Part shown: in pieces, positions 1-9,433 of the stretch
How positions within the stretch are numbered: the first letter of the stretch is position 1
How the letters are laid out: every line of letters starts with the position of its first letter
Source of the DNA: an uncultured Bacteroidales bacterium
GTDB lineage: Bacteria > Bacteroidota > Bacteroidia > Bacteroidales > WCHB1-69
DNA length: 64,000 nucleotides
Direction of reading: 5' to 3'
Assembly (NCBI GenBank): GCA_946409645.1
Contig: CAMJXE010000005.1
Location: 6,631-70,630, forward strand
Translations under genes and position numbers: made by a program
Notes under the pieces: generated by a model
Seen by the model: the letters and a program-made list of their open reading frames with translations, nothing else
Told to the model about the DNA's origin: nothing
The model's database searches: none

Positions 1-2427
1 TTGTTGGACACCACAGTGTGTCAGAACAAGCTTCCATTTTCATGGAATGGGAGGGTATTCAACGGGGCTGGCACTCAGAGCAAGGCCTTGAAAAACCAGT
101 ACGGTTGCGACAGCATGTTGGTGATGACCGTACATGTCAACAGCATCAGTTTTACTTCATTTGACACTGTTGTGTGCGATCAGTTTGAGTGGTATGGGAA
201 TGTTTACACCACGAGCGGATACTATTCGAAAACTTTGGAAAACGCGCAGGGCTGCGACAGCATGCTTTTCGTGCATGCGACCGTGCTGCCGCCGCCGCAG
301 GTCTGCTATGACACTACGGTCTGTTCGGGGGACCTGCCCGTCAGTTGGCATGGGATAGCGTTCGATCATGCTGACACGCTGGTGTTTACATACACGTCGT
401 CGTTGGGCTGCGATAGTACGGTGACGTTTACCATGCAAGTGGTCGATCCCGACACCGTGGAGCTGGATGTGACCGCATGCGATGAGTATGTGTGGGGAGG
501 GGAGGTGTTTGACGAAAGCGACACGCTCACGAAGTATTTCACGAACCGCTACGGCTGCGACAGCACGGTGACCATCCGTCTGACGGTGAACCATTCCACC
601 GTTGGCGACACTGCGGCTATTGCCTGCGACAGCTATCTATGGCACGGCGTAACCTACACGCAATCGGGGGATTACACCACCTATTTGGCCAATGCAGCGG
701 GTTGCGACAGTGTGGCGACGCTGCACCTGACCATAAACGCCGAGGATCACACGGATTTGTACGAGACGGCGTGTGAGGAATACGAGTGGAAGGGCGTAAC
801 TTATATGGAAACTGGAAATTACAGTGACACGCTGACGAATGCTGTGGGCTGCGATTCGATAGTGACGTTGCACTTGACGATTGATACCGCGAATCACACG
901 GATCTGCACGTATTTGCGTGTGAGGAGTACGAGTGGAAGGGTGTAACCTATATAGAATCAGGTGATTATGTTGATTCGTTGACGAATGTTCATGGCTGTG
1001 ATTCGATTGTGACGTTGTATCTGACGATTGATACCGCGAATCATACGGATCTGCACGTATCTGTGTGTGAGGAATATGAGTGGAAGGGTGTAACTTATGT
1101 AGAATCAGGTGATTATATTGATTCGTTGACGAATGTTCATGGCTGTGATTCAGTGGTAACGTTGCATCTGACGATTGATACCGCGAATCACACGGATTTG
1201 TACGAGACGGCGTGTGGGGAATATGAGTGGAAGGGTGTAATTTATATGGAATCAGGTGATTATGTTGATTCGTTGACGAATGTTCATGGTTGTGATTCAA
1301 TTGTGACGTTGCACTTGACGATAAATGCCGCGGATCACACGGATCTGCACGTATTGGCGTGTGGGGAATATGAGTGGAAGGGTGTAATTTATATGGAATC
1401 AGGTGCTTATGTTGATTTGTTGACGAATGTTCATGGTTGTGACAGTGTGGTGACGTTGCGTCTGACGATTGATACCGCGGATCACACGGATCTGCACGTA
1501 TTGGCGTGTGAGGAGTACGAGTGGAAGGGTGTAATATATACTGAATCAGGTGATTATGTTGATTCGTTGACGAATGTTCATGGTTGTGACAGTGTGGTGA
1601 CGTTGCACTTGACGATAAATGCATCGGACCACTCGGATTTGCACGTGTCGGCGTGTGATGAATACGAGTGGGGCGGCGTAACCTATACGGAATCAGGGGA
1701 TTACAATGACACGTTGAGCAATGCCGATGGCTGTGATTCGACAATCACGTTGCATCTTACGATAAATCATTCCGCCGAAACCGAGGAGCATCTGACGCTT
1801 TGCGAGAACGAATTGCCTTACACATACCAAGATACGGTTTTCCTTCCCGGTATCCCGGAATTATCCCTTATCCATTATCAATTGTCCACTTCGCATGGTT
1901 GCGACAGTGTCGTCACCCTGCATCTCACCGTTATTGACACTTCCCTGCGCATCGTTTCCCTGACGGAGGATTTCTGCGAGGGCATGTCGGCGGAGCTTGT
2001 GGCGGAGACGCAGATGACGGATTATGTGTGGAGTACGGGCGAAGAGATGCCGAACATCACGGTGACGCAGCCGGGTTTGTACAGTGTGACGGCCATGCAG
2101 GGCGACTGCCGTTCCACGGCCCATTACACCGTGGAGGCATGCGATTTCCGAATCGTGCTGCCCAACGCCATCACGCCCTCCAGAGGTGACGGGGTCAACG
2201 ATGTGTTCTCCCTTCCGGAACGGGTGCAGAGCATGCTCGGCACCTTCGAGATCAGCATTTTCGACCGATGGGGCGAGTTGGTTTTCTACTCCACCGACAA
2301 GGGCTTTCAATGGCGCGGCGAAATCAACGGTCGTTTGGCCGTCAGCGTGGTCTATAACTACGTCATCCGCTGCACCGACCTGAACGGGAAATCTTATCGG
2401 TTTACGGGAAGCATCACCGTGTTGTAG
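1..2427 (+). CDS. Surface protein with T9SS type-B (gliding-motility/CHU_C-like) C-terminal sorting domain; 5' end lies outside the window
   Basis: Open from base 1. At least 13 units of a ~49-aa repeat (C..Y.W.G..Y..SG.Y...L.N..GCDS.VTL.LTI). The last ~95 aa (IVLPNAITPS..GVNDVF..IFDRWGELVF..GSITVL) look like the gliding-motility-associated C-terminal domain. Confidence 0.8.
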   Translation: MLDTTVCQNKLPFSWNGRVFNGAGTQSKALKNQYGCDSMLVMTVHVNSISFTSFDTVVCDQFEWYGNVYTTSGYYSKTLENAQGCDSMLFVHATVLPPPQVCYDTTVCSGDLPVSWHGIAFDHADTLVFTYTSSLGCDSTVTFTMQVVDPDTVELDVTACDEYVWGGEVFDESDTLTKYFTNRYGCDSTVTIRLTVNHSTVGDTAAIACDSYLWHGVTYTQSGDYTTYLANAAGCDSVATLHLTINAEDHTDLYETACEEYEWKGVTYMETGNYSDTLTNAVGCDSIVTLHLTIDTANHTDLHVFACEEYEWKGVTYIESGDYVDSLTNVHGCDSIVTLYLTIDTANHTDLHVSVCEEYEWKGVTYVESGDYIDSLTNVHGCDSVVTLHLTIDTANHTDLYETACGEYEWKGVIYMESGDYVDSLTNVHGCDSIVTLHLTINAADHTDLHVLACGEYEWKGVIYMESGAYVDLLTNVHGCDSVVTLRLTIDTADHTDLHVLACEEYEWKGVIYTESGDYVDSLTNVHGCDSVVTLHLTINASDHSDLHVSACDEYEWGGVTYTESGDYNDTLSNADGCDSTITLHLTINHSAETEEHLTLCENELPYTYQDTVFLPGIPELSLIHYQLSTSHGCDSVVTLHLTVIDTSLRIVSLTEDFCEGMSAELVAETQMTDYVWSTGEEMPNITVTQPGLYSVTAMQGDCRSTAHYTVEACDFRIVLPNAITPSRGDGVNDVFSLPERVQSMLGTFEISIFDRWGELVFYSTDKGFQWRGEINGRLAVSVVYNYVIRCTDLNGKSYRFTGSITVL
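748..1776 (+). repeat. Seven consecutive 147-bp (49-codon) tandem repeats, the high-identity core of the repeat protein
   Basis: The unit-initial His codon recurs at 748, 895, 1042, 1189, 1336, 1483 and 1630, exactly 147 bp apart. Units read HTDL(H/Y)..AC.EYEWKGV.Y.ESGDY.DSLTNVHGCDS.VTLHLTI. Confidence 0.9.
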
Positions 2428-2450
2428 AGACGCGATGAATCGCGTCTTTT
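2423..2450. repeat. REP-A copy 1 (variant loop); overlaps the stop codon of the repeat protein and is followed by a T-run, so it probably also acts as a terminator
   Basis: tgtAGAGACGCGatgaatCGCGTCTtttt; the stop TAG is at 2425-2427. Confidence 0.7.
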
Positions 2451-2489
2451 ATCCGCAAATCCGCGCAGATCCGTGTGATCCCGCGGAGA

Positions 2490-3929
2490 TTAAACCATCG
2501 GGTTCGTATGTTTCAATTCCACGACAATTTTCGGGTATTTGGCGCGGAGATGCGCGGCGGTGCGCTCGGCGAAATAGACCGATCGGTGTTGTCCGCCGGT
2601 GCAGCCGAAATTCACAGTCAGGTGTGTGAAGTTGCGCTCTAAGTAGTTATCGACAGACATATCCACAAGCGCACATACGTGATTCACAAACAGTTCCACC
2701 TCTTTATACTGTTCTAAGTATTCCTTCACACAAGCGTCTTTTCCGGTGAAGGTGGCGTACTTTTTCTCACGTCCCGGATTCGGTAGCGCGCGACAGTCGA
2801 AGACAAAACCGCCGCCATTGCCGGACGGGTCTTCAGGAACGCCCTTCTTGAACGAAAAACTCTGCACCGTAACCGTCAGTACATCAGTGTTTTGCGTTTT
2901 GGTTTCCACGTAGCTATCGACCACAGTCTGCAAAACGTGGCGCAGTTCGGGCAGATTGTCTGGTAATGCGTTCTGACTTAGCAGATAACGCAAATTGCGA
3001 ATGGCGTAGGGCACGCTCTGAAGGAAGTGCGTCTTCCGTTCGAAATAGCCGCGATATCCGTACGCGCCCATTGCTTGCATGATACGTATGAGTGAAAAAG
3101 CGTTAAAATAGGCTTTGAATTGCGCACGATCGATGGAAATCAGCTTCGATAGATTGTCCAAATAGCAGTCTAACAGCTCTTCGCGGATTTCAGGCGAGAG
3201 GTCGGCTTTGGCATCGTAGAGCAGCGAGGCAATGTCATATTGCAAAGCGCCTTTTCGACCGCCTTGATAGTCGATGAACCAAACGTCATCTTCGAAAACC
3301 ATAATGTTCCGCGATTGGAAATCACGATAGAGAAAGAAGTCATCTTCGACACTAAGCAAGTAGTCCATAAACCGCTGATAATCATTCTCTAACAGCTGTT
3401 CATTGAACGGGATGTAGGCCATCTTGAGGTAGTAATATTTGAAGTAGTTGAGGTCCCACTGCATGGATTGTCGGTCGAAAGCGGCGCGAGGGTAGGCCAC
3501 CGACATGTCAAGTCCTTGTTTTGCGGTCATCTGGAACCGGGGCAACGCTGCCACCACCTTTCGGTAATAACTCATAATCTCCTGAAAATCACCATTTTCC
3601 TTTCGCACTTTGCAGAGTATGTCGTAGAGTGTCTGTGTGCCAAGGTCGTTCAGCAGATAGTGTTTCTCGTCCTCGTGAATGGTCAGCAGGGCAGGGACAT
3701 TCAGCTTTTGTGCGGCGAAGAAGCGAGAATATTCAAAAAAGGCCTTGTTTTCCGTCACATCTTCGTTATAAGCGCCGATCAGCGTGCTGTTATCCGCGAA
3801 GGTGAAGCGGTAATAGCGTCTGTGGGAGCCGGACTGCGCCAGCGGGACGCAGGCAGTCGGTTGGTTTCCAGTATGTTCCGTGACCATTTGGGTTAACACG
3901 GAGATGGAGGTTTCGGTGGTTTCTTCCAT
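2490..3929 (-). CDS. Fusion protein: APH-fold (AmgK/MurNAc-GlcNAc-kinase-like) phosphotransferase domain plus RapZ (YhbJ) C-terminal domain
   Basis: The N-terminal ~340 aa carry the kinase catalytic-loop-like YRDFQSRNIMV and IDYQGG. The C-terminal ~135 aa (SFSFKKGVP..FVFDCRALPNPG..NFGCTGGQHRSVYFAE) align by eye to the RapZ C-terminal domain. No P-loop is present. Confidence 0.75.
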   Translation of the reverse strand: MEETTETSISVLTQMVTEHTGNQPTACVPLAQSGSHRRYYRFTFADNSTLIGAYNEDVTENKAFFEYSRFFAAQKLNVPALLTIHEDEKHYLLNDLGTQTLYDILCKVRKENGDFQEIMSYYRKVVAALPRFQMTAKQGLDMSVAYPRAAFDRQSMQWDLNYFKYYYLKMAYIPFNEQLLENDYQRFMDYLLSVEDDFFLYRDFQSRNIMVFEDDVWFIDYQGGRKGALQYDIASLLYDAKADLSPEIREELLDCYLDNLSKLISIDRAQFKAYFNAFSLIRIMQAMGAYGYRGYFERKTHFLQSVPYAIRNLRYLLSQNALPDNLPELRHVLQTVVDSYVETKTQNTDVLTVTVQSFSFKKGVPEDPSGNGGGFVFDCRALPNPGREKKYATFTGKDACVKEYLEQYKEVELFVNHVCALVDMSVDNYLERNFTHLTVNFGCTGGQHRSVYFAERTAAHLRAKYPKIVVELKHTNPMV

Positions 3930-3949
3930 AGTTTTTCTGTTTTGGTGAG

Positions 3950-4020
3950 TCCCACACTGCGCTTTGCTTGCATGGGGTTATTTGCGCTTTGCGTGTCTTG
4001 CCTCTCCGAGGCGCTCAAGA
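3950..4020 (-). repeat. REP-B copy 1 (one hairpin plus tail)
   Basis: cccacactgcgctttgcttgcatgggg ... ttgcctctccgaggcgctcaaga. It ends 21 nt from the ATG at 3929. Confidence 0.75.
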
Positions 4021-4048
4021 AAATATTTTCAAAAATTAACTTTTCCTA

Positions 4049-5305
4049 TTAGTTATCATTGAGTTTAATAAAGCAGAACAGCATCATTGTAAACGCCCAA
4101 AGGGAGGAGCCGCCATAGCTGATAAAGGGTAGTGGGATGCCGATGATGGGAATCAGTCCGATGGTCATACCGATGTTAATGAAGAAGTGGACCGCGAAGA
4201 TGCCGGCAATGCCGTACCCGTAGTATCGGACAAACGGATTTCGCTGTTTTTCAGATAGTTTCAAGATGCGGAAAATAAGTGCCCCAAAAAGACCGAAAAC
4301 GACCATTGTCCCGACGAAGCCCCATTCTTCCCCGATGGCACAGAAGATGAAGTCGGTGCTCTGTTCAGGTACGAATTTCAGTTTCGTTTGCGTCCCTTTG
4401 AGGTATCCTTTTCCAAAGAAACCTCCAGATCCAATTGCGATTTTCGATTGATTGAGATTGAAATCGGCGCCTAACGGGTCGGAAGTTTTGCCCAAAATGG
4501 TGTCGATACGCTGTTTTTGGTGCGGTTCGAAGCCGTGTTCATAGAGAAAGTCGATGGAGAAAACGAAAAGGATACTGGCTACGTAGATGATGATATTGCG
4601 ACGGATTTTCTTTTTTTGAGTACGATTGTATATCATAAAGCCAATGAAAACAGCGGTAATCATGGCGATGGCGTAGGTTTCGTTAAAGGCCAGTGTGACA
4701 ATAGTGATAATGGCGGCGATGATGCATAATACAAGGAATTGGGTGCTCAAACCTTCGCGGTAGAAAAGGATGATGAAGGAGGCGAACACGAGTGCGGAGC
4801 CTGCATCGTGCTGGAGCATCACCACAATCACAGGAATGGCGATGAGTGCGAATTGCACAATCCAGACGTAACGGCGTTGGTTGGCCGTTTTGCCCTCCTG
4901 CATGAACTTCGCCATAGCCAAAGCAGTGGCTACTTTCATGAACTCGGTGGGTTGTAAGCTGAATCCACCGATCTTGATCCACGATTTCGCACCGTTGATT
5001 TCCGCACCGATAAACAGCACTAATACCATCAAAAAGAGGCAGAATAGATAGAAAAAGTAAGCATAGTGCTGTATTATTCCGCTGTCTATCAATAAGATAA
5101 TAGTCGCCAAGACGATTGATGTTCCAATCCAAAGCATCTGCTTGCTATAGGGTTGTCCGAAGTCAAAAATCGGGGTGGAACCGTCAGGAATGTAGCAGGT
5201 GGAGTAAATGGTGATCCAACCGATAAAAACCAATGCAAGATAATAACAAATCAACCTCACATCAAAGCCTTTGGACATCTTATTATATGGATCTAATTTC
5301 GGCAT
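4049..5305 (-). CDS. rodA: Rod shape-determining SEDS protein RodA (FtsW/RodA/SpoVE family)
   Basis: Polytopic membrane protein with GGFSLQPTEFMKV and PLPFISYGGSS regions. It lies 2 nt downstream of the PBP2 gene. Confidence 0.9.
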   Translation of the reverse strand: MPKLDPYNKMSKGFDVRLICYYLALVFIGWITIYSTCYIPDGSTPIFDFGQPYSKQMLWIGTSIVLATIILLIDSGIIQHYAYFFYLFCLFLMVLVLFIGAEINGAKSWIKIGGFSLQPTEFMKVATALAMAKFMQEGKTANQRRYVWIVQFALIAIPVIVVMLQHDAGSALVFASFIILFYREGLSTQFLVLCIIAAIITIVTLAFNETYAIAMITAVFIGFMIYNRTQKKKIRRNIIIYVASILFVFSIDFLYEHGFEPHQKQRIDTILGKTSDPLGADFNLNQSKIAIGSGGFFGKGYLKGTQTKLKFVPEQSTDFIFCAIGEEWGFVGTMVVFGLFGALIFRILKLSEKQRNPFVRYYGYGIAGIFAVHFFINIGMTIGLIPIIGIPLPFISYGGSSLWAFTMMLFCFIKLNDN

Positions 5306-5307
5306 AA

Positions 5308-7116
5308 CTATTTGATGTTGAGTTCTTTCATTCGTTGTTCGAGGTCGGTGCGCGCCACCTTTCTATTGATGTAGTATTCAGCCAGTAAGCTGGCGATAGG
5401 GCAGGCCACAGTAGCCCCGAAGCCACCGTTTTCCACCAGGCAGAAGATGACGATTTTTGGGTCGTTGGCCGGAGCGATGAGAGCGAATACTGAGTGGTCG
5501 CGACCATGTGGGTTCTGCGCGGTACCGGTCTTGCCAGCTACCTCAATACCAGGAATTTGCGCTCCACGACCGGTACCGCCGGTCACCACCATTTTCATGC
5601 CTTGGAGAACCGTTTCGAAATGACGCGGCTCAATCTTTGAATAGACCTTCTCATTGAATTGTGTGTTCAAACTGTCGCGATTGCCGATGGCTCGCACCAC
5701 ATGTGGACGGATGTAGTAGCCTTTGTTAGCGATAACAGCCAGCATATTGGCCATTTGCAACGGAGTGACCGCTGCTTCGCCTTGACCGATACCCATGGAA
5801 ACCACAGTGTTACCGTTCCAGCTGTTGTTGTATTTTTTGTCGAAATATTCCGCTGTCGGGATTCGTCCCTTCAACTCATAAGGCAGGTCGGTGTTGAATT
5901 GCTGTAGAAAACCCATGGAGCTCATGTAGTCCAGCCAAGCGGAGTATGATTCGTCAATGTTCTTGTATTTCTTTCGGTTAGAAAGAATATTGTAATAAGC
6001 ACGGCAGAAGAAGGTGTTGCAGGAACGTTGAATGGCGCTGTATATATTCAGTCCGCCGCAATTATGGCAGTGTACCACGTGATTGCCAAGGTGATAACCA
6101 CCGCCGGAGCAGGAGTATATGGTGGAGGAAGTGATGATATTGTCTTGTAATGCAATAAGTCCGTTGGCCAGTTTGAAGGTGGAACCGGGTGGGTAGGCAG
6201 CTTGTAATGCTCTGTTAAACAGTGGTTTTTCGGGATCCATCACTAATTTGCCGTAGTTTTTCGGGCGGGCGGTACCTACCAGCAGGTTCGGGTCGTAGTT
6301 GGGACTGGAGACCAGACAGAGAATCTCTCCTGTTTTTGGTTCTATCGCGACTATCGCGCCACGTTTTCCCGCCATCAGCTCTTCGCCGTAGCGTTGCAAT
6401 TGCATGTCGAGGGTGCTCCAAATGGAGACCCCTGGTACAGCCACTACATCGTCATCGCCGTTGTTAAACGGTCCGACCTCACGGTTGTGCACATCCACCA
6501 GCACCTTCTGTTTGCCCTTCACACCGCGCAAAATCGATTCGTAAGCCTTTTCGATACCGCTTTTACCGATATAATCGCCCATTCTGTAATAGCCATCGTT
6601 CTCCACATCTTGTTCATCCACCTCACTGACATAGCCAAGGATGTGGGCAGCAATTGGTTGCGGATAGGTACGAAGAGTACGCTCTTGTACGAAAAAGCCT
6701 GGAAATTCAGACATTTTCTCCTGCAAATAGCCATAATCCTCTTTAGAGATCTGTTGTTTGAAAAGGGAAGGAACACTACCGGAATATTTCGCGGCCTTCT
6801 CGATTTTTTTTCGCACCTCCTCCATTTCCATATCTAACACGCGGCATAGTTCCATGGTGTCGAAATCGCGTAACTCCTTGGGTACCACCATTAAATCGTA
6901 TGCGGCATCATTATACACCAACAGCGAGTCGTTGCGATCGTAAATGAATCCACGCGCAGGATGAATAGTCTTCTCACGGATAGCGTTTTCATTGGCTTTA
7001 CGTTGGTAGGACTTGTCCAGCACTTGTAAATCGAACAGCCGTATGGTGTAAACGATAATAAGAATACCCAATACGGTGAGGATGATATAATAGCGGTTGC
7101 TGTTGTCCTGTGCCAT
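5308..7116 (-). CDS. mrdA: Penicillin-binding protein 2 (transpeptidase)
   Basis: N-terminal TM helix, transpeptidase motifs STFK and KTGTAQ, and the conserved pairing with rodA. Confidence 0.9.
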   Translation of the reverse strand: MAQDNSNRYYIILTVLGILIIVYTIRLFDLQVLDKSYQRKANENAIREKTIHPARGFIYDRNDSLLVYNDAAYDLMVVPKELRDFDTMELCRVLDMEMEEVRKKIEKAAKYSGSVPSLFKQQISKEDYGYLQEKMSEFPGFFVQERTLRTYPQPIAAHILGYVSEVDEQDVENDGYYRMGDYIGKSGIEKAYESILRGVKGKQKVLVDVHNREVGPFNNGDDDVVAVPGVSIWSTLDMQLQRYGEELMAGKRGAIVAIEPKTGEILCLVSSPNYDPNLLVGTARPKNYGKLVMDPEKPLFNRALQAAYPPGSTFKLANGLIALQDNIITSSTIYSCSGGGYHLGNHVVHCHNCGGLNIYSAIQRSCNTFFCRAYYNILSNRKKYKNIDESYSAWLDYMSSMGFLQQFNTDLPYELKGRIPTAEYFDKKYNNSWNGNTVVSMGIGQGEAAVTPLQMANMLAVIANKGYYIRPHVVRAIGNRDSLNTQFNEKVYSKIEPRHFETVLQGMKMVVTGGTGRGAQIPGIEVAGKTGTAQNPHGRDHSVFALIAPANDPKIVIFCLVENGGFGATVACPIASLLAEYYINRKVARTDLEQRMKELNIK

Positions 7117-8076
7117 CTATTTTTTGCGGCTTTGCAGATGTTGAACTAACGTGATGATGGGTTGCTTTTTAGCGTCATCGGTATGGATTTTATTGATATC
7201 TTCCATGCAAAGTTGCGTATATTTGCCGATTTCGTTTTCGGTAGCTTCTTTAACATTGACGGCATCGAAAATGGCTTTCACCTGCTCAAATTTTGTCTGT
7301 TCGTCCGCCGGAACTGTGGAAAATAGAGTTTTCAGTTCTTGGTGTTGGGATTCGTTGGCCAATTCGAGGGCTTTCAGATATACGAACGATTTTTTGTTGT
7401 CTTTAATATCTCCTCCCACTGCCTTGCCAAACGTTTCTGCGGTACCATATACATCAAGCAGGTCATCGGCGAGTTGGAAAGCGAGTCCGAGATGGATACC
7501 AAGGTCGTAGAGAGCTTGTAAGCTTTCGGCATCGGCGCCGGCCACCAGACCGCCCGACTTCAAACATCCGGCAAACATGACGGCGGTCTTCAAACGGATC
7601 ATCTCCACATATTGTTCGATGGGCACTGTCTCCATCGTTTCAAAATCGAGATCAAATTGCTGTCCTTCACATATTTCCAGTCCGATGCGAGCGAAAATTT
7701 CCGTGATGGTCTTGATAGTTTCAGGTGGGCAATTGGTCTTGAGAAGCTCCAATAAGGCTAGGGCAACGAGAGCGTCGCCCGACAGAATGGCGATGTTGCT
7801 GTTCCACTTTTTGTAAACGGTGGGTTGTCCGCGACGCACATCAGCCTTGTCCATGATGTCATCGTGAATCAGGGTGAAGTTGTGTAGCATTTCAAAGGCA
7901 GCGGCGACATGTTTCGCCTTTTCGGGGTCGCCATCGAAGAGTTCAGCAGCTATATGCACCATTGTCGGCCGCAGTCTCTTGCCAGATTGCATCAATATGT
8001 ATTCGATGGGGTCATAAAGATTATGAGGCTCCCTGTTTTGAAGAATTTCCTGAAATTGTTGTTCGATTGTATTCAC
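7117..8076 (-). CDS. trans-Polyprenyl diphosphate synthase (IspA/IspB/GGPPS family)
   Basis: Two DDxxD motifs (LIHDDIMDKAD, QLADDLLD). The start is set at GTG 8076 because a -7 box (8102-8109) lies inside the longer ORF (to 8121). The start remains uncertain. Confidence 0.75.
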   Translation of the reverse strand: MNTIEQQFQEILQNREPHNLYDPIEYILMQSGKRLRPTMVHIAAELFDGDPEKAKHVAAAFEMLHNFTLIHDDIMDKADVRRGQPTVYKKWNSNIAILSGDALVALALLELLKTNCPPETIKTITEIFARIGLEICEGQQFDLDFETMETVPIEQYVEMIRLKTAVMFAGCLKSGGLVAGADAESLQALYDLGIHLGLAFQLADDLLDVYGTAETFGKAVGGDIKDNKKSFVYLKALELANESQHQELKTLFSTVPADEQTKFEQVKAIFDAVNVKEATENEIGKYTQLCMEDINKIHTDDAKKQPIITLVQHLQSRKK

Positions 8077-8101
8077 GACTTTACAGTTAATAAAAAACCT
8101 G

Positions 8102-8109
8102 CAAAAATA
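8102..8109 (-). promoter_or_regulatory. Bacteroidota -7 box TAnnTTTG (TATTTTTG) for the polyprenyl synthase-mrdA-rodA operon
   Basis: The plus strand reads caaaaata, 26 nt upstream of GTG 8076. Confidence 0.5.
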
Positions 8110-8146
8110 ACAATTCCTCACATATAGCGAGTAGAAAAAATGTCGA

Positions 8147-9376
8147 TTATTCGAACCGTACCGCGCTCACGGGTGAGATTTTCTTGCTGATAATCCATGC
8201 TGGGATGAGCAAAACGAGCATACAAGCGATGAAAACGCCCGCATTGAGCACCAAAACTTCCAAAGCATTGAACTTAATGGGCACAAAATTGACGTAATAA
8301 GTATCAGGATCCAGTTTTACGAGATGGTGTTTCTGCTGAATCCACCCAAAACCAAGTCCAATAATATTGCCGATGAGTAATCCTTGCAATAAGGTGCGAC
8401 CCGCCAATATCATAAAGGTTTGTAATACATGTTTCGTCTTCATTCCCAGTGTTTTGAGAATTCCTATCAAGCGGGTTTTCTCTAAGATGATGATGAAGAA
8501 AATCGACATCATCGTAATCATGCAGACGCAGGTGGTGATGATGAGCAGCACGGAGACATTGGTGTCAAACAGCGCAATCCAATCAAAGATTTCGGGGTAT
8601 ATTTGTTTCACAGTTTCAGCTTTTAGGTTGATATCTATCAAATGATGAAGTTCTATGCCCACTTTATCCATTTTTTTGTAATCGCGGGTAAGCACTTCAA
8701 CACCACTTACTTGCAAAGAATCCCAATCGTTGAGTTTCTGTACATGGCGTAAATCGACTAATGCGAATTTAGTGTCGTATTCGGGCAGACCAGTTTCGTA
8801 AATCCCTGATAATGTGAAGCTTCTCTGTCTCGGTGGATTTTGCACGAAATAGGTGCGCACTTTATCGCCCACTTTAAGTTGTAGTTTGTCTGCCAATCGT
8901 TTGGAGAGGATGATATGATTGTCGGCAGTGGTGTTGCCGAGTTGTAACGTATCACCTTCCAACAGGTTGTGGGAAAACAGCTTTCCGTCGAAGGACTTGT
9001 CCACCCCTTTAAGTACAATGCCTTCCACTTGGTCGGAAGTTTTGATGACACCCACTTTTGTGGCAAAAGGTTGTAAGGAAACGACGTCAGGATGGTTTTG
9101 TATGTTTTCTAACAACGTGTCGTTCAATGTGATAGGGATTTGTTCGTAGGAGTAGTTGTGATCATAGTGCGAAATGCGGATGTGTTGACCCATGGTTACC
9201 ACTTTGTCTTCAATCACTTGTTTGTAGCCAGAAGTAACCCCAATGGCGAGCAACATGATAACCACGCCAAGTGCCACCCCACATATTGATAACCGGATGA
9301 TGGGTTTGGCAAAACGGTTGCCTTTCTCGCGCAAGATGCGGTGGGCAAGATGCCAGTGATATGTAAACTGTGACAT
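8147..9376 (-). CDS. LolC/LolE-like FtsX-family ABC transporter permease
   Basis: Four-TM FtsX architecture with a large periplasmic loop. The start is set at ATG 9376 (MSQFTYHW) because the 10 codons upstream are REP-A sequence. Confidence 0.8.
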   Translation of the reverse strand: MSQFTYHWHLAHRILREKGNRFAKPIIRLSICGVALGVVIMLLAIGVTSGYKQVIEDKVVTMGQHIRISHYDHNYSYEQIPITLNDTLLENIQNHPDVVSLQPFATKVGVIKTSDQVEGIVLKGVDKSFDGKLFSHNLLEGDTLQLGNTTADNHIILSKRLADKLQLKVGDKVRTYFVQNPPRQRSFTLSGIYETGLPEYDTKFALVDLRHVQKLNDWDSLQVSGVEVLTRDYKKMDKVGIELHHLIDINLKAETVKQIYPEIFDWIALFDTNVSVLLIITTCVCMITMMSIFFIIILEKTRLIGILKTLGMKTKHVLQTFMILAGRTLLQGLLIGNIIGLGFGWIQQKHHLVKLDPDTYYVNFVPIKFNALEVLVLNAGVFIACMLVLLIPAWIISKKISPVSAVRFE

Positions 9377-9385
9377 AGAAACAAA

Positions 9386-9415
9386 TGTAGAGACGCGCCA
9401 TGGCACGTCTCTACA
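9386..9415. repeat. REP-A copy 2 (canonical)
   Basis: tgtagagacgcgccatggcacgtctctaca, between the pta stop and the lolE-like start. Confidence 0.9.
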
Positions 9416-9433
9416 ATATTGAGGATTAGTTTG

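Noticed and set aside
617-1744. 375-aa antisense ORF opposite the repeat protein
   Set aside because: It is a shadow frame of the 147-bp repeats. The product is periodic His/Ser/Pro-rich low complexity with no start context or promoter, and the sense frame has a clear domain architecture.
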